Counted from the first letter of the whole stretch, positions 13,501 through 27,282 are shown. The stretch: 63,874 bases of DNA, filler included, from Octopus bimaculoides (GCF_001194135.2; 7 parts of 7 records of this genome joined end to end with filler, not necessarily neighbours in it); one strand, 5' to 3'. Notes: generated by a model from the letters alone, not told the origin. Numbers and translations: made by a program.

Positions 13501-14906
13501 TGTAAAATCACATCTTTAATTGTATAATTCCCCTTACAATGCCGACAATTGTTTCTATTGTATTAACACATTTAGTTGTAGAAATATCACTGAAATTAAT
13601 ATATCTGGAAATACATGCATAAGGCAGGTGAATAAAAATTTTAACCAATCCAGAAGCATCATAAATTTAATATATTAAATCGTACTTTGGGGGTTTTCAG
13701 CCAATGATGTATTTAAACAGAATCAAAATTGTCATAACCACGCAAAATTGGAAGCTGGAATAAATAAATCGATTAAATAGACCCACGTGTTCAACTGGTA
13801 CTTATTTAATGAAAGGTAAAGTCGAAATTTGCCTTGAAAAAATATTTTATATAATTACTTCTAAATTAATTTTATTAAATTCTAATGGGAAATTTGCAAT
13901 GAAATGTTACCACAAATTCTTAATTATAACCATTTTTCATATGTAATATAATAGGCATAATTTTTCTTAAAATGTTTTCTATATTTAATAACTAGATAAC
14001 TAATTGTCACGACATAAGATCTCAATGTTTCTAACTGTCGTAATTTAGAACTCTTGTGTTTATTTTTATTCTTTCGTTACCCACTGACGTCAATAGTAAT
14101 TGAATACAAAAACAAATCTTTTACAATGCATTTCTTCTTGGCGTTCTTTTTGTATGCATACGTGTACTGGAAATATTTCCATAGTCCACTTTGAATTCAA
14201 CCTACCTTGGATCGCCTTTAAAACGTTGTGTTTGCATGTATTTCCGGAAATATTAATTTCAGTGATATTTTCTATATCTAAATATGTTAATGCAATAGAA
14301 ACACACGTTAGCTTTGTAAGGCGAATTCTACAATTAAGGATTTGATTCTCTCTATACGAGTTTTAGTTGTCCAATACTCTAAATTTCTTGAAATTCTTCT
14401 AAATGACATTTGGATCCACTTGTGATATATGAAGATGTACTTTGGAAGTGTATGATAATATTATACATATCCAAAGTAAATCCTTTTTTACAAACATTGT
14501 GTGTAACAACAAAAGAAGTGGTCCACAATATTGTTGGAAAGAAAACTCTGTATTTACACCTTCCCAGCGTAACGTGCTGGCGACACCTCAGAAACGTTAT
14601 CAATAAATTCTATCTATATATATTTTTATGTATGCTTACCAAAACATTGTGAGTGGAGTTGGTAGATAGAAACTGTGTGTCTTTGTGTTTGTAACCCGCC
14701 ACTGCTTGACAACCGGTGTTCGTTTGTTTACGTCCCAGTAATTTAGTGCTTCAATCAAAGAGACTGATAGAATAAGTACCAAGCTTTACAAAAATTAATA
14801 AGCATTTGGCGTCGATAAGCTCGACAAAATTTTTCAAGGCAGTGCCCCAGCATGACCTTGGTCTAATGATCAAAACAAAAGATATATGATAAAAAATGTA
14901 TACTTT

Positions 14907-14966
<60 letters not shown>

Positions 14967-16069
14967 GCTGTGCGTATGATGACATCATGCTTAGCCTAGC
15001 TCAAAGACATCGTTTATAACTATTCGAAAATATTTATGAAATATTGCAATTTAATATAAAGGTAATTAAAGACTTATATTCACATTATTTGTTGTTCTTT
15101 TATACTAAAGAAAAAAAGAGAATATTTGGCTATCTATTAATCAAACGCATTGAGAGTATGAGTATAATTCATCATATGCTATGAGTATAATTCCTTATAT
15201 GCTCTGATAATAATTAAAATGTATGTAGTCGAGTCATATATAATCGATGTATAAAATAATTATAGAGAATGAAATGAGATCATGGAATAAATTATGTTTA
15301 TATCTATGTGAAGGATGTAACAACACCATCTCTGTGGGGCAAATAATTTAAAAGCGGGGAAATAATTTTCAGTTGATATTTAGACAGAAAATTAATTCAA
15401 AACTGTTCAATGATTTCTCAGGTAGAGTCGAAAGCAGTTTGAATTTTCACTGATGATTTAAGGCAACAATTAATTTGTTGAAACTTGTTCTGCAATCGTT
15501 CCTGAATTGTTTATTCTTTTTTTATTTCGTATATAACATATAGTTGTTGCTTATTCGTTACATTTCAGCTTTGATAATGAGGGGTGAAAAAATTGTAATT
15601 GAAGCTGTTTTTACTGCTGTGGAAAAAGGATCAAACTTTATAATGTGTAAACGTTTGTAGCTTTCTTCAAAGTCAAAGACTTGACTTCATCGTTGTGCGA
15701 AGGTTAAACGTGTGAGTGACAGATCTATATCGTTGGGGATATCGAATCCCTGTTAAGGCCATCCAAGGTGGATTCCAGGCGGCGTCTGTTCCGGAATCCG
15801 GCGACTTCGTGAGGGTGTTAGATCACGTCTCAGATCAGCAATAACGCGTAACAGGAGGACGACCTGCTACCATTATTATTTTCGCAAGAATAAGGGCTGC
15901 TTTCTTTCCCATCGCAATTCTACATTTTTGACGATAGTAGGTGTCATCAAATAGGAAATTATTGTTCTAGAGTATAAATTTTAAAGTTTCAATAATAAAA
16001 CCCGTTTTATGCGTTCCGGAAATTCTTGGAACGAAAGCAGCTCCTGTTCACAAAATACTACCGTATATA

Positions 16070-16280
16070 TCAACTCACAACCCTAGAAAAATTGAGGCAT
16101 ACAACACTATTGTACAAAATCTACCAATGCTCACTAGAGATCCAAAAATAAAAACACAAATTCATCAAATGCAAAAAGCAATATCAATCACTCAAAAGAT
16201 TTCTCACAAATGCGAAGCTTTACACAACAACCACGAAACCAATGGTTAAAAGATGTGGACGTCCAAACTGTGGACGTGGG
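16070..16280 (+). mobile_element. PLE RT-endonuclease linker fragment
   Basis: STHNPRKIEAYNTIVQNLPMLTRDPK, frameshift, KFIKCKKQYQSLKRFLTNAK...VKRCGRPNCG resembles PLE linkers. Confidence 0.55.
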
Positions 16281-17525
16281 GTTAATCGAAATTCTCGTCC
16301 TCCCTTTTCTTACTATATATATNNNNNNNNNNATATGTTTGAAGTGATAAGAATATATTACGTTGTGGATTGAATTAATGTGTTTTAGATGATACGATAA
16401 CAAAAATTGGGAAGTTAGTGGTTTGTGCTACTTTAAATAGCAAGGTGTGTTTTCAAATTACTATTAGAATATTTGCGAATCATTGTAATTGATCATATAT
16501 CTAATTGTAATGGTCTTCTTCTAATAGCTATGTGTTTAAAATAGTAAGATTGAGATTTATAAAAAGATGTCTGTTTTAGGTTCTATTTGTGAAGTTTACA
16601 TCTTTGTGAGAATATAGGAAATGGAAGAAACTTTAGTTAAATTTTGAGTCTGTGGCTATGGATGTAGAGATATATCACTTGAAGACTAGTAGATATAAAG
16701 TTGTTAGGTATTAATTCTATAATTATTTGATCACGTGTGACTTGAAGGGATAGTTGCCTTGAAGTAATATTTGAGGTGTGGATGTGGTAGGTTGTGTCTT
16801 TCAGTTAAGATACAATAATGATGTATATTACAATTAATTATATAGCAAAACAAGTTAAAGTTACAAAATTCTCTAGAACTAAAAATAGATGTGTGCGCCG
16901 GTGTGTTTATGTGTATGTGATGTGATGTGATGCGATGCGATGCGATGCGATGCGTGTGTGTGTGTGCGTGTGTTGCAGGGATATTTAAGAGACAGAGTAC
17001 AACACTTTTAAGCAATGATTTAGAGGAAAATTCGAAGAAAAAATATGGAAGTTTTTATAAAAACAAATCGTACAAAATCATGAAGCACAATAACTACACG
17101 CGCTTGCTAAAATATAGTGAAGACGATAATAATATTTTGTAACATAATTACACCCACACAAAACTAAGAGTAGAGGTTTATCAATAAAACCGACTATATT
17201 CAAATTCAAAATTATGGACATCAAAGTTGACTTCGTCGTGATTTGAACACAGAGAGTAAAGAGAAAAATACCACGAGCTATTTTACGACAATTTAATTAT
17301 TTTGTTAGTGCTAATTTATAGAAAATCTAATCTCGACATAATTTGCATAATTTTCACCAACTAATGTAATATCTGCCGTGTTTTCTGGGATTTCCCACGC
17401 AATTTCAAAATTAATATTGTGCTTTCAAGTCTCAGACGTAACACAGTAACTGTAATCTGGTCAATTTGTAGCTGAGTCTGAAAGATCTCGTTTTGTTGAA
17501 GCAGCATCGTACCAATGTAGTATTT

Positions 17526-17904
17526 TTTTGGCACTCCGTCGCTTACGACGTCGAGGGTTCAAGTTGATCCAATCAACGGAACGGCCTGCTCGTGAAATTA
17601 ACGTGCAAGTGGCTGAGAACTCCACAGACACGTGTATCCTTAACGTAGTTCTCGGGGATATTCAGCGTGACACAGTGTGACAAGGCTGACCCTTTGAATT
17701 ACAGGCACAACAGAAACAGGAAGTAAGAGTGAGAGAAAGTTGTGGTGAGAGTACTGCAGGGTTCACCACCATCCCCTGCCGGAGCCTTGTGGAGCTTTAG
17801 GTGTTTTCGCCCAATAAACACTCACAACGCCCGGTCTGGAATCGAAACCGCGATCCTATGACCACGAGTCCGCTGCCCTAACTACTGGGCTATTGCGCCT
17901 CCAC
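17526..17904 (-). mobile_element. tRNA-derived SINE (family C), full length
   Basis: Homologous to 6419-6805; TSD AATGTAGTATTT at 17514-17525 and 17905-17916. Confidence 0.9.
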
Positions 17905-18570
17905 AATGTAGTATTTACATCACTGTGTATAGGAGTTTTGCTGACCTGTAGCTTATACTTCTGCATAGCAAGTGTGACTTTGTAAGAATGGGAATGTTTC
18001 TGAATGTGTATATATGAACTTTTAATTAACATGTGTTCTATAGGTAATTTGATGTTTCTAGTACAACTTAAACTCAATTTTAGACAGCTTCTGTTCATTA
18101 TTTATGTTAATGAGGGAGTGTGTGCCAGATGTAGGAAATACCTGGCAATATCTAACTTAAGTATGACGGCGAGCGGACAGAATCGTTAACTCGCTGGGCG
18201 AAATGCTAAGTGGTATTTCGTCGGTCTCGACATTCTGTGTCCAAATTCGGCCGAGGTCGTCTTTGCATTTCATCCTAGCAGGTTGATAAAATTAGTACCA
18301 GCCGAGCACGTGCGTCGATGTAATCGACTTTCTCTCTCCCTCGAAATTGCTGGCCTTGTTCAAAAATATGAAATCACTATTTAATTTAACTAAGGTGGTG
18401 AGCTGGTGGAATCATTAGCACGCCAGGCAAAATGCCTACGGCATTTCGTCAGTCTTCTTGTTTTGAGATCAAATCCCGTAACAGTTGGTTTTGCCTTTCA
18501 TGTTTTTCGGGCCAATAAAATAAATATTAGTTGAAATTTCGGGTCATTGTAACCGACTTACTGAAATTGC

Positions 18571-18830
18571 TTGTCTTGTGTCAAAGTGATATTGGCACTG
18601 TGGAGGACCTTTATTCTCAGTCGCCTGGACTACTGCTCTCAGTTATGGTCACCACATAGGATCGAATTAACAACAGATATTGAAGCAAACCCACATCACA
18701 ACACTAGAAAGATTGTAACTGCGCAGCAGATGAACTACAGTGTAGCCTTAAAAAACAACGACTTTACTTCCCGGAGCGAAGACGTGACAGATATGTAATA
18801 ATCTACATATGAAAACCCGTGGAAGGGCTA
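18571..18830 (+). mobile_element. CR1/Jockey-group LINE RT 3' fragment
   Basis: LWRTFILSRLDYCSQLWSP motif followed by a decayed NY...EGLV region. Confidence 0.75.
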
Positions 18831-19345
18831 GTGAAAGAAAAAATTAAGATACACATAAATGCGTTCGTGTAATACTCTTTTACTCCTCTAATAGGTTATG
18901 TTACAGGAAAGCAGATATGGATGGACACCGATTCCGTTGTTTTTAGGCGAAAATGTCAATTGTACTTTCTATTACAAGTTAATATTTATTTTGTAGATGG
19001 CAGTTGTCGACCCTTTTCCAAAGAAGAATGCTGAATGTGATATGTGTTTATACTGGTAAAAGTACAAATCAGACGTAGAGATATTCACCCATAAATACCT
19101 AGACGGTCACTCATATGTATAAATGTTCATGTGTGAGCCATGTACATATGTCCGTCTTTGTGAATAGCATAAAGACACACATGGACCCCACAGAGTCGAT
19201 GTTAATGACTATAAATAATCATTCTCGTAAAGGGCTCAATAAGTAACTATAATGTTAATGAGTCTCGAATATAATGGAATTTAAAAGATAAAACATAGCA
19301 AGTATGAATCTCAGTTACATAATAATATTAATAATAATAATAATG

Positions 19346-19420
<75 letters not shown>

Positions 19421-19449
19421 TTAAAAGAAGAGTGCCATTTGTTATCTGG

Positions 19450-19490
19450 TGAACGATATTTCGACATCTCGTGTGTCTTCAACTGGTTCA
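19450..19490 (-). ncRNA. Hammerhead-like motif with variant core (second copy)
   Basis: Reverse complement of 19788-19828; a third, gap-truncated copy starts at 19602. Confidence 0.5.
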
Positions 19491-19787
19491 AAAAATAAAT
19501 TTGTCAATCTACTTCATTTTGGTTAATATAGAAAGGATTGAGGTAACTCCTCCTGAAGATATAGAGTCAAAATTAAAAGAAGAGTGCCATTTGTTATCTG
19601 GTGAACGATATTTCGACATCTCGTGTNNNNNNNNNNNNNNNNNNNNNNNNNNNNNNNNNNNNNNNNNNNNNNNNNNNNNNNNNNNNNNNNNNNNNNNNNN
19701 NNNNNNNNNNNNNNNNNNNNNNNNNNNNNNNNNNNNNNNNNNNNNNNNNNATTAACCAAAATGAAGTAGATTGACAAATTTATTTTT

Positions 19788-19828
19788 TGAACCAGTTGAA
19801 GACACACGAGATGTCGAAATATCGTTCA
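19788..19828 (+). ncRNA. Hammerhead-like motif with variant core CAGUUGA
   Basis: TGAAC / CAGTTGA-A / GACA-cacgaga-TGTC / GAAA / palindromic ATAT / C / GTTCA. Same motif on the - strand at 19450-19490. Confidence 0.5.
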
Positions 19829-19905
19829 CCAGATAACAAATGGCACTCTTCTTTTAATTTTGACTCTATATCTTCAGGAGGAGTTACCTCAATCCTTTCT
19901 ATATT

Positions 19906-19975
<70 letters not shown>

Positions 19976-20833
19976 CCTTCTACTATAGGCACAACTTTTT
20001 GGGAGGGGACTAGGCGATTGTATTAACCCCAGTGCGTCATTGGTACTTATTTCATCGACCTCGAATGGATGAAAGGCAAAGTAGGCCTCGACAGAATTTT
20101 CACTCAGAATTTAGCGACAGTCGAAGTACCACTGTATGTATTAATCTTGTCAGTTAATTTCTATGGCAAATACTGCAGTGGAAGGGTGTTGTTGCATGAA
20201 TTCAATCTATACATAGAAATTAGCAATATGTTATTGTATAGAAAAGCGGTTAGGACAGAATGTATTTCATACGGGTTTTCGCATTTCGTCCGTCTATTGA
20301 CTTTTGTCCATAAGACATTTGTCATTCGTGGCTACTGTATAAGCCAATTGTCAAACACGGAGCAGATTGAGATCGAATTCGAAACTACATGCTTGTGAAG
20401 ATAATTTCGTCTCCATGCAGCGTTTGTTTCACGCTGCCATCAAATAATCAATTTCTCTTGGTTCTGGCGTATATTCAGAAGACATCACCACTTCGTTCTC
20501 AAATTTAAATGTGGAAATGCGGAACAACACATATAGCTTCATCACATATGAAGCAGCAACACAAAATGTGTACAGGAATAATCGAGTGGCACTGTATATA
20601 TCAAATCTCCATAGGCGAACTAGCTTCGGAGACGGGTCTTTATATTTTCAAGCTCAAATGAATAAACAATAAAAAATAAAGGGTGATCGAACACGTTAGC
20701 GGACCAAACTGTAGAACAATATCGGAAAAAATTTCATCCACTCAGACATAAAAAATATAGCACCTATTAGAACATCCGTAACTATATATAGTACGCATAA
20801 AACACATGAAAGTTTCTTGCGGAGTAGATTTTT

Positions 20834-21262
20834 TTGCCTCTAGTTTCAGACGGATATAAAATTATGATTAGCAAACGAATACATATTAACGTAAACACAG
20901 TTGCCAAAGTAATTCAGATATACAAGGATTCTCGGCGGCTAAGCAATAAACACCGTCCAGGTCATCATTCTATTTTAACTGCGCGTGATATTCGCCACAT
21001 CCAACGTTGCGTGATGGACGACAGGCGTCGTACCGCTTCATCTTTGGCTCCAAAAGTGTCTTCTGTTAATGGAAAAAGTGTATCCGTCCAAACAGTTCAC
21101 CGAAGTTTGAACTAGTGTGGTCTTCATGGACACATTTCTCGTAGGAAGCCTCTCCTCTCTTCCAGGCATAAACCAAATCGTCTTTCTTTTGCAAAAACCT
21201 ATGTGAGTAGAGGGAAGGAGTTTTGGAAGATGATTCTTTTTTCTGATGAAACGAAAATCAAA
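20834..21262 (+). pseudogene. Tc1-family transposase fragment
   Basis: HTH and GRP-like region, SVQTVHRSLN*CGLHGHISRRKPLLS, FWKMILFSDETK; in-frame stop; truncated by microsatellite. Confidence 0.85.
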
Positions 21263-21348
21263 ATATATATATATTTATACACACACGCACATATATATTC
21301 ACACATATATATAGGTGATTATGTGTGCGTGGTGTGTGTGTGTGTGTG

Positions 21349-21420
<72 letters not shown>

Positions 21421-21706
21421 TGAGTATGTACCGGTATGTTATTATATCTAACGTAAAACCTTGCATTTAACATGTCTAGCGATGTAGTACTGGTTTGTAA
21501 TTATTGCCTATTATTTCCTCACAAAATGTTTGCCGCGTCGCTGTTATACGAACGTTATATAAAATATAAAAGCGATAGATGTTAATAGGCAATGCTATCT
21601 GTTAATATATACTGGTGAGTATAAAACCTTATCTATGCAACTACTAACCAGTCAAACAATCAACCAACTGAAACGAGAGCTTATTTATGTGTGTGTGTGT
21701 GTGTGT

Positions 21707-21744
<38 letters not shown>

Positions 21745-22388
21745 NNNNNNNNNNNNNNNNNNNNNNNNNNNNNNNNNNNNNNNNNNNNTTAATTAATTAA
21801 NNNNNNNNNNNNNNNNNNNNNNNNNNNNNNNNNNNNNNNNNNNNGTGGAGTTATATTCCAGTAAAGTAAAATTAGAAGTGTATGAAATGTTAACAGAGTA
21901 TTAAGGGGACATATTATTATTAGGGTGGTGAGCTGGCGGAATCGTTAGCACCTTGAGCAAAATGCTTAACGGTATTTTATCTGTCTTTGTGTTCTGAGTT
22001 CAAATCCTGCCTGTCTTTCATCCTTTCAGAATCGATAAAATAAGTGCCAGTCAAGTACTGAGACCGATGTAATCGACTATCTCCCCCTCTCCTCAAAAAC
22101 TGCCGGCCCTTTGCCCAAATTTGAAATCCTTGTTATTAAGGCAGCCACCAGGCAGAATCGTTACTCCGTCGGGTAAAAATGCTTAGCGGCATTTCTTCCA
22201 GCATTTTACGTTCTGAGCTCAAATCCTGCCGAGATCAACTTTGCTTTCTTCCTTTCGGGATCAGTAAAATAGAGTACCAATAAAGTACTGGGATCATTGT
22301 AATAGACTTGTCGCCTCTCTTCGAAAATTGCTCGCCTTGAAACCTGTAATTGACCGCAATAATAATGATTATTATATTATTAGAAAGG

Positions 22389-22450
<62 letters not shown>

Positions 22451-22718
22451 CAACAACAACAAAAGCGACCAGCTAACAAATCAACTAAGAGAGTTCCCAA
22501 TATTTGTAAATATGTGGTTGAGTTGGTGCCTTGATTGAACTATCGATGCATACACCCAAGTGTGTGCATCTATTCATCAAAATAAATTCAGATGGAAATC
22601 TTTGGAGTGTGTAACAAAGCCTCACTATGTATGTGTGTGTGCGTTAGATAATTGTCAGTAATTTTTTTCATATTATTCTAATTCTCCTTTCTATATCATT
22701 TAATTCTTTATTAATTTA

Positions 22719-22809
22719 CTAGCAGAAATACCCGGCGTTGCCCGGGTTAAAGAGAATAATGAAATCTAAAAACGCCGTCTAGACTACGCATCATCTTTAT
22801 ATATAGAGA
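22719..22809 (-). mobile_element. 91-bp non-autonomous Helitron
   Basis: 5' A|TCTCTATATATAAAG; 3' hairpin CCCGG-GCAACG-CCGGG about 10 nt before CTAG|T. Confidence 0.75.
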
Positions 22810-23817
22810 TGTATATACACACACGCACCCAAACACACGTATATATATGTATATCAATATAAATATATGAAAGTCAATGAAGTTTCGTAAAAGAAGGTGA
22901 TCATGTACATACTTTCTTGCTGTTGTGATTATAACACCTCATTGTAAACTATGTTCCTTGTTTTCCCTTGTGGAGCATATACAAATAGGTTTTTTGTTGC
23001 TGCCCNNNNNNNNNNNNNNNNNNNNNNNNNNNNNNNNNNNNNNNNNNNNNNNNNNNNNNNNNNNNNNNNNNNNNNNNNNNNNNNNNNNNNNNNNNNNNNN
23101 NNNNNNNNNNNNNNNNNNNNNNNNNNNNNNNNNNNNNNNNNNNNNNNNNNNNNNNNNNNNNNNNNNNNNNNNNNNNNNNNNNNNNNNNNNNNNNNNNNNN
23201 NNNNNNNNNNNNNNNNNNNNNNNNNNNNNNNNNNNNNNNNNNNNNNNNNNNNNNNNNNNNNNNNNNNNNNNNNNNNNNNNNNNNNNNNNNNNNNNNNNNN
23301 NNNNNNNNNNNNNNNNNNNNNNNNNNNNNNNNNNNNNNNNNNNNNNNNNNNNNNNNNNNNNNNNNNNNNNNNNNNNNNNNNNNNNNNNNNNNNNNNNNNN
23401 NNNNNNNNNNNNNNNNNNNNNNNNNNNNNNNNNNNNNNNNNNNNNNNNNNNNNNNNNNNNNNNNNNNNNNNNNNNNNNNNNNNNNNNNNNNNNNNNNNNN
23501 NNNNNNNNNNNNNNNNNNNNNNNNNNNNNNNNNNNNNNNNNNNNNNNNNNNNNNNNNNNNNNNNNNNNNNNNNNNNNNNNNNNNNNNNNNNNNNNNNNNN
23601 NNNNNNNNNNNNNNNNNNNNNNNNNNNNNNNNNNNNNNNNNNNNNNNNNNNNNNNNNNNNNNNNNNNNNNNNCTCTCTCTCTCTTTCTGTCTCTCTCTTT
23701 CTCTCTTTCTCTCTTTCTCTCTCTGTGAAAGTATCTGTCACTACAGTATCGAAATGTGATTGTTTCAGTTAGTGGAATAGTTTCATTTTTAAAGTGAAAG
23801 TATTTGACATGAGTGTT

Positions 23818-24045
23818 TTTGTTTCACTTTTGACACTTAATACTTAAATAGTGGAGGAGATATTATGTTGCCGTGTGCTCGAACTCTGCAAGAAGTTAAA
23901 AATTTTTTTGACTAAAACACAACTGGAACCCTAAGTAAGGCATGTGTAAAATTTGAATGAAATTGGTTGCGTAGTTCTCGAGTTTTAGGGATTCACACAC
24001 ACAGACAGACAGACAGACACACATTCTCATTTTTATATATATAGA
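23818..24045 (-). mobile_element. Helitron-like element, 5' part with (GTCT)n
   Basis: A|TCTATATATATAAAAATGAGAATGTGTG start; nearly identical to 63618-63874 in reverse; a third start at 47397-47424. Confidence 0.7.
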
Positions 24046-24939
24046 TTATTTTATTTTCTATATTACATATCTGTACTTCATTAGTTTTACGCTTGTACTT
24101 TTCTCTAACCTTGGCAATGACTTAACTCACGAATGACGTCAACCAATTTTGAACGTATTAAGAGTTGCGCTCCTTACAACATTTCCGCCACATGAAAAAT
24201 AACAAGAAGTTTATGTTTCTGAAACTTCCCAACTTGTGTTCGATGTGCTAAATGTCTGACGTATCATTAAGCAGGAAACTCAGAGTAACTTGCACGTTCT
24301 AAACGAGTTTCCATTTATTCATGTCAATGAACTTGTTTATAAAATTAAAGAATGTAAGCGAACGGGAAAAATATGTTTAAAATCTTATCAAAGAATGATT
24401 AGCTGACGATAACTGGTCGTCAGAAATCTAAGTTATAAACCTGACTGTGAACTATATTGTTTTAGTTTTGTAGGTACAAAACTTTGAATGTCTATTTGAT
24501 AAGTTATCACTTTTTCATTTTATCGTTGAGGAATGACGAAGTTTGGTGATAGCGGTGTGAGGTGCAGTGATGTTCGAAAATAGAGCGAGATTTCAACAAT
24601 GACATCATCTTTTATTTTGACAATTCATTGATATGAAAATAGAGGTGAGAAAAGAAGAGATAGAGAGATAGATACACAGTTTACAAAGTTTGAGAGATAA
24701 GATACACTAGAAGCTGGAGAGGAGAAGAAAAGAGAATATTGAAGAAGTAGAGTGATATAGATGAACGCTGATTGAATGTGGGAATAAACATTGTGCTTTA
24801 TCGTCTGTCATCTTGGAACGTCTACAATATTTTACCTTCTGCTGTTTGATTCTTTTTACATAAAGGTATTTACAACGGTAACTTGCCGAAGACAATTTAA
24901 ACCCAATCTTAGAAAGGATAATATACCAAAAGTTGAAGA

Positions 24940-25083
24940 ATGGCGGAATACGACACTATTGAATTTTTAAATGCCGAATTCAATGCCATGGACAAAGACA
25001 ATGACGGAAAATTGTCGTCTACTGAAATTTCGGAGATTTTGATTTACCAAGGTATCGATTTAGGCGAAAGAGGTTTTCAAAAA
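24940..25083 (+). CDS. EF-hand gene exon 1
   Basis: ATG at 24940, canonical EF loop, donor GTAAGT at 25084. Confidence 0.88.
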
Positions 25084-27248
25084 GTAAGTACACTTTATCT
25101 TAATTTTATTATTTATACATTCTTCTACATGGTTTTAGCGGTGACCTGGAGGAATTAATTGGTCCGTCGGACAAAATGCTTGACGCATTTCTTTCGGCTC
25201 TTTTCGTTCTAAGTCCAAATCCCACCGAGATCAGCTTTGCTATCATCCTTTCAAAGGGAGATAAAAAAGAAATACCAGTCGAGTACTGGAGTTGATGTAA
25301 TTGATTTGTCTCCTCTCCTCAAAAATTGTGGGCCTTGAGCCCCGCAACGGATCGGCATCCCGCTCAAGGGCAATGATGCGATCTCGGTCACTTACACATC
25401 ATAGAAACCGGCTATGCGGCGTTATTAGGTCTTATGACTCCAGCAATATAACTACATACGTGCCGTTAGCGATTTCTTTTCCTTCCTTGGATTTTCCGAC
25501 GAAGAGCTATGCTCGAAACGTCAAACTCTCTCCTTTCACCGAGCGTCAAACTAACACATTTCTTGTGCACGCCTTTATGTTGTCCATTTTTATTCGTTTA
25601 TCTGAATTGATTATATATATATATATATATATNNNNNNNNNNNNNNNNNNNNNNNNNNNNNNNNNNNNNNNNNNNNNNNNNNNNNNNNNNNNNNNNNNNN
25701 NNNNNNNNNNNNNNNNNNNNNNNNNNNNNNNNNNNNNNNNNNNNNNNNNNNNNNNNNNNNNNNNNNNNNNNNNNNNNNNNNNNNNNNNNNNNNNNNNNNN
25801 NNNNNNNNNNNNNNNNNNNNNNNNNNNNNNNNNNNNNNNNNNNNNNNNNNNNNNNNNNNNNNNNNNNNNNNNNNNNNNNNNNNNNNNNNNNNNNNNNNNN
25901 NNNNNNNNNNNNNNNNNNNNNNNNNNNNNNNNNNNNNNNNNNNNNNNNNNNNNNNNNNNNNNNNNNNNNNNNNNNNNNNNNNNNNNNNNNNNNNNNNNNN
26001 NNNNNNNNNNNNNNNNNNNNNNNNNNNNNNNNNNNNNNNNNNNNNNNNNNNNNNNNNNNNNNNNNNNNNNNNNNNTATATATATATATATATATATATTT
26101 CTATATATAATAAAAAAAAAAACGAAAAATAATCCAAATTTCTTGTCCGGTACCAGATCGATCCCAAAATCTAATCGGTTCGAGCCAGTCACAAGGCCAA
26201 ACATCCCTGAAAGTTTCATCCGAATTCATCGGGCGGTTCTTGAGATATCTTGTCTACGGACAAACGGAAAGCAATACCTCCGCCTTCGCTAACGCGGAGG
26301 TAATAATCCATGGATGGAATTTATGAATATATTAACGCAACGCTACGCACGTTGGTAACATTAGGCTGTCGCTCACATAATAAAATAGCTTTAATATGCA
26401 TATTCAAAACGTTTCCCATAAACGAACTTAAAGGATGTGTGTGTGTGTGTGTATGAGAGAGAGTACAGACACATATAAGCACACACATATACACACGCAC
26501 ATACACATACATGTGTGTGTGGGGGGGGGGCGCATGACTTCGATTCCTGGACCGGGCGACGCGTTGTGTTCTTGAGCAAAGGTCTTCATTCCACGTTGCT
26601 CCAGTCCACTCAGAGGGCAGAAACTAGGCATCCTGCGATGGACCGACGTCCCTTCCGGAGAGGAATATATATGCGCCACAGAATCCAGAAAACCAGCCTT
26701 ATGAGTCTATATGACTCGAGAAAGACTCCCCACCAAATTGTCATTTGTTGTTGTTGCATTTCTTAATTAAATTCCTGGTTTCAGTCGCTGGACTGCGGTC
26801 ATGTTGGAGCATCATCTTCAAAATATTGGAATCAGTAACCAAGAATTATCTATTGCACGATGAGAGTCACGGGAGATAACTCATTGTTAAATGTTTACAT
26901 GGGAGATAACTCATATTGCATTTGGTTTGCAACATTTCAGATGTGGACCCGTTTATTGGCAATACATTCTGTTGTTTCTCAGGATGGGGCATCATGCCAA
27001 TAATAAACACCCACCCATGTTCAATTCCTCTTCTTTATTATTTGATAATTGGTTAATTATTTAACCATCTAACTAATCATTTGTTTGATACATCATGTAC
27101 CTAATCAGTCAATCAAACATATTTGACGTTCGTGAGTTCTTCGGTGGTACGGCTCTCCTTATTCCAGGTCAGCTTCAGATCTGCATGTCAGTCTTTTAGT
27201 TTTAGGATCTATGTTATGTAGTTGTGCAGATGTTAATGTACGTACACG

Positions 27249-27282
<34 letters not shown>

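Larger units (their letters stand above)
19417..19905. repeat. 152-bp tandem unit, plus an inverted copy across a gap, inside a (TAA)n tract
   Basis: The unit repeats with period 152 at 19421 and 19573; 19751-19905 is an identical reverse-complement copy starting at a different register. Confidence 0.9.

Noticed and set aside
15450-15490. CTGATGA...GAAAC as a hammerhead
   Set aside because: Seven unpaired nucleotides before the hairpin and no stem I pairing.
21243-21256. CTGATGAAACGAAA as a hammerhead core
   Set aside because: It is the FSDETK codons of the Tc1 transposase; no stem II.
14085-24147. Perfect CRE sites TGACGTCA at 14085 and 24134 (the latter beside CCAAT, upstream of the EF-hand gene)
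   Set aside because: About one is expected by chance in a window this size; no independent support.
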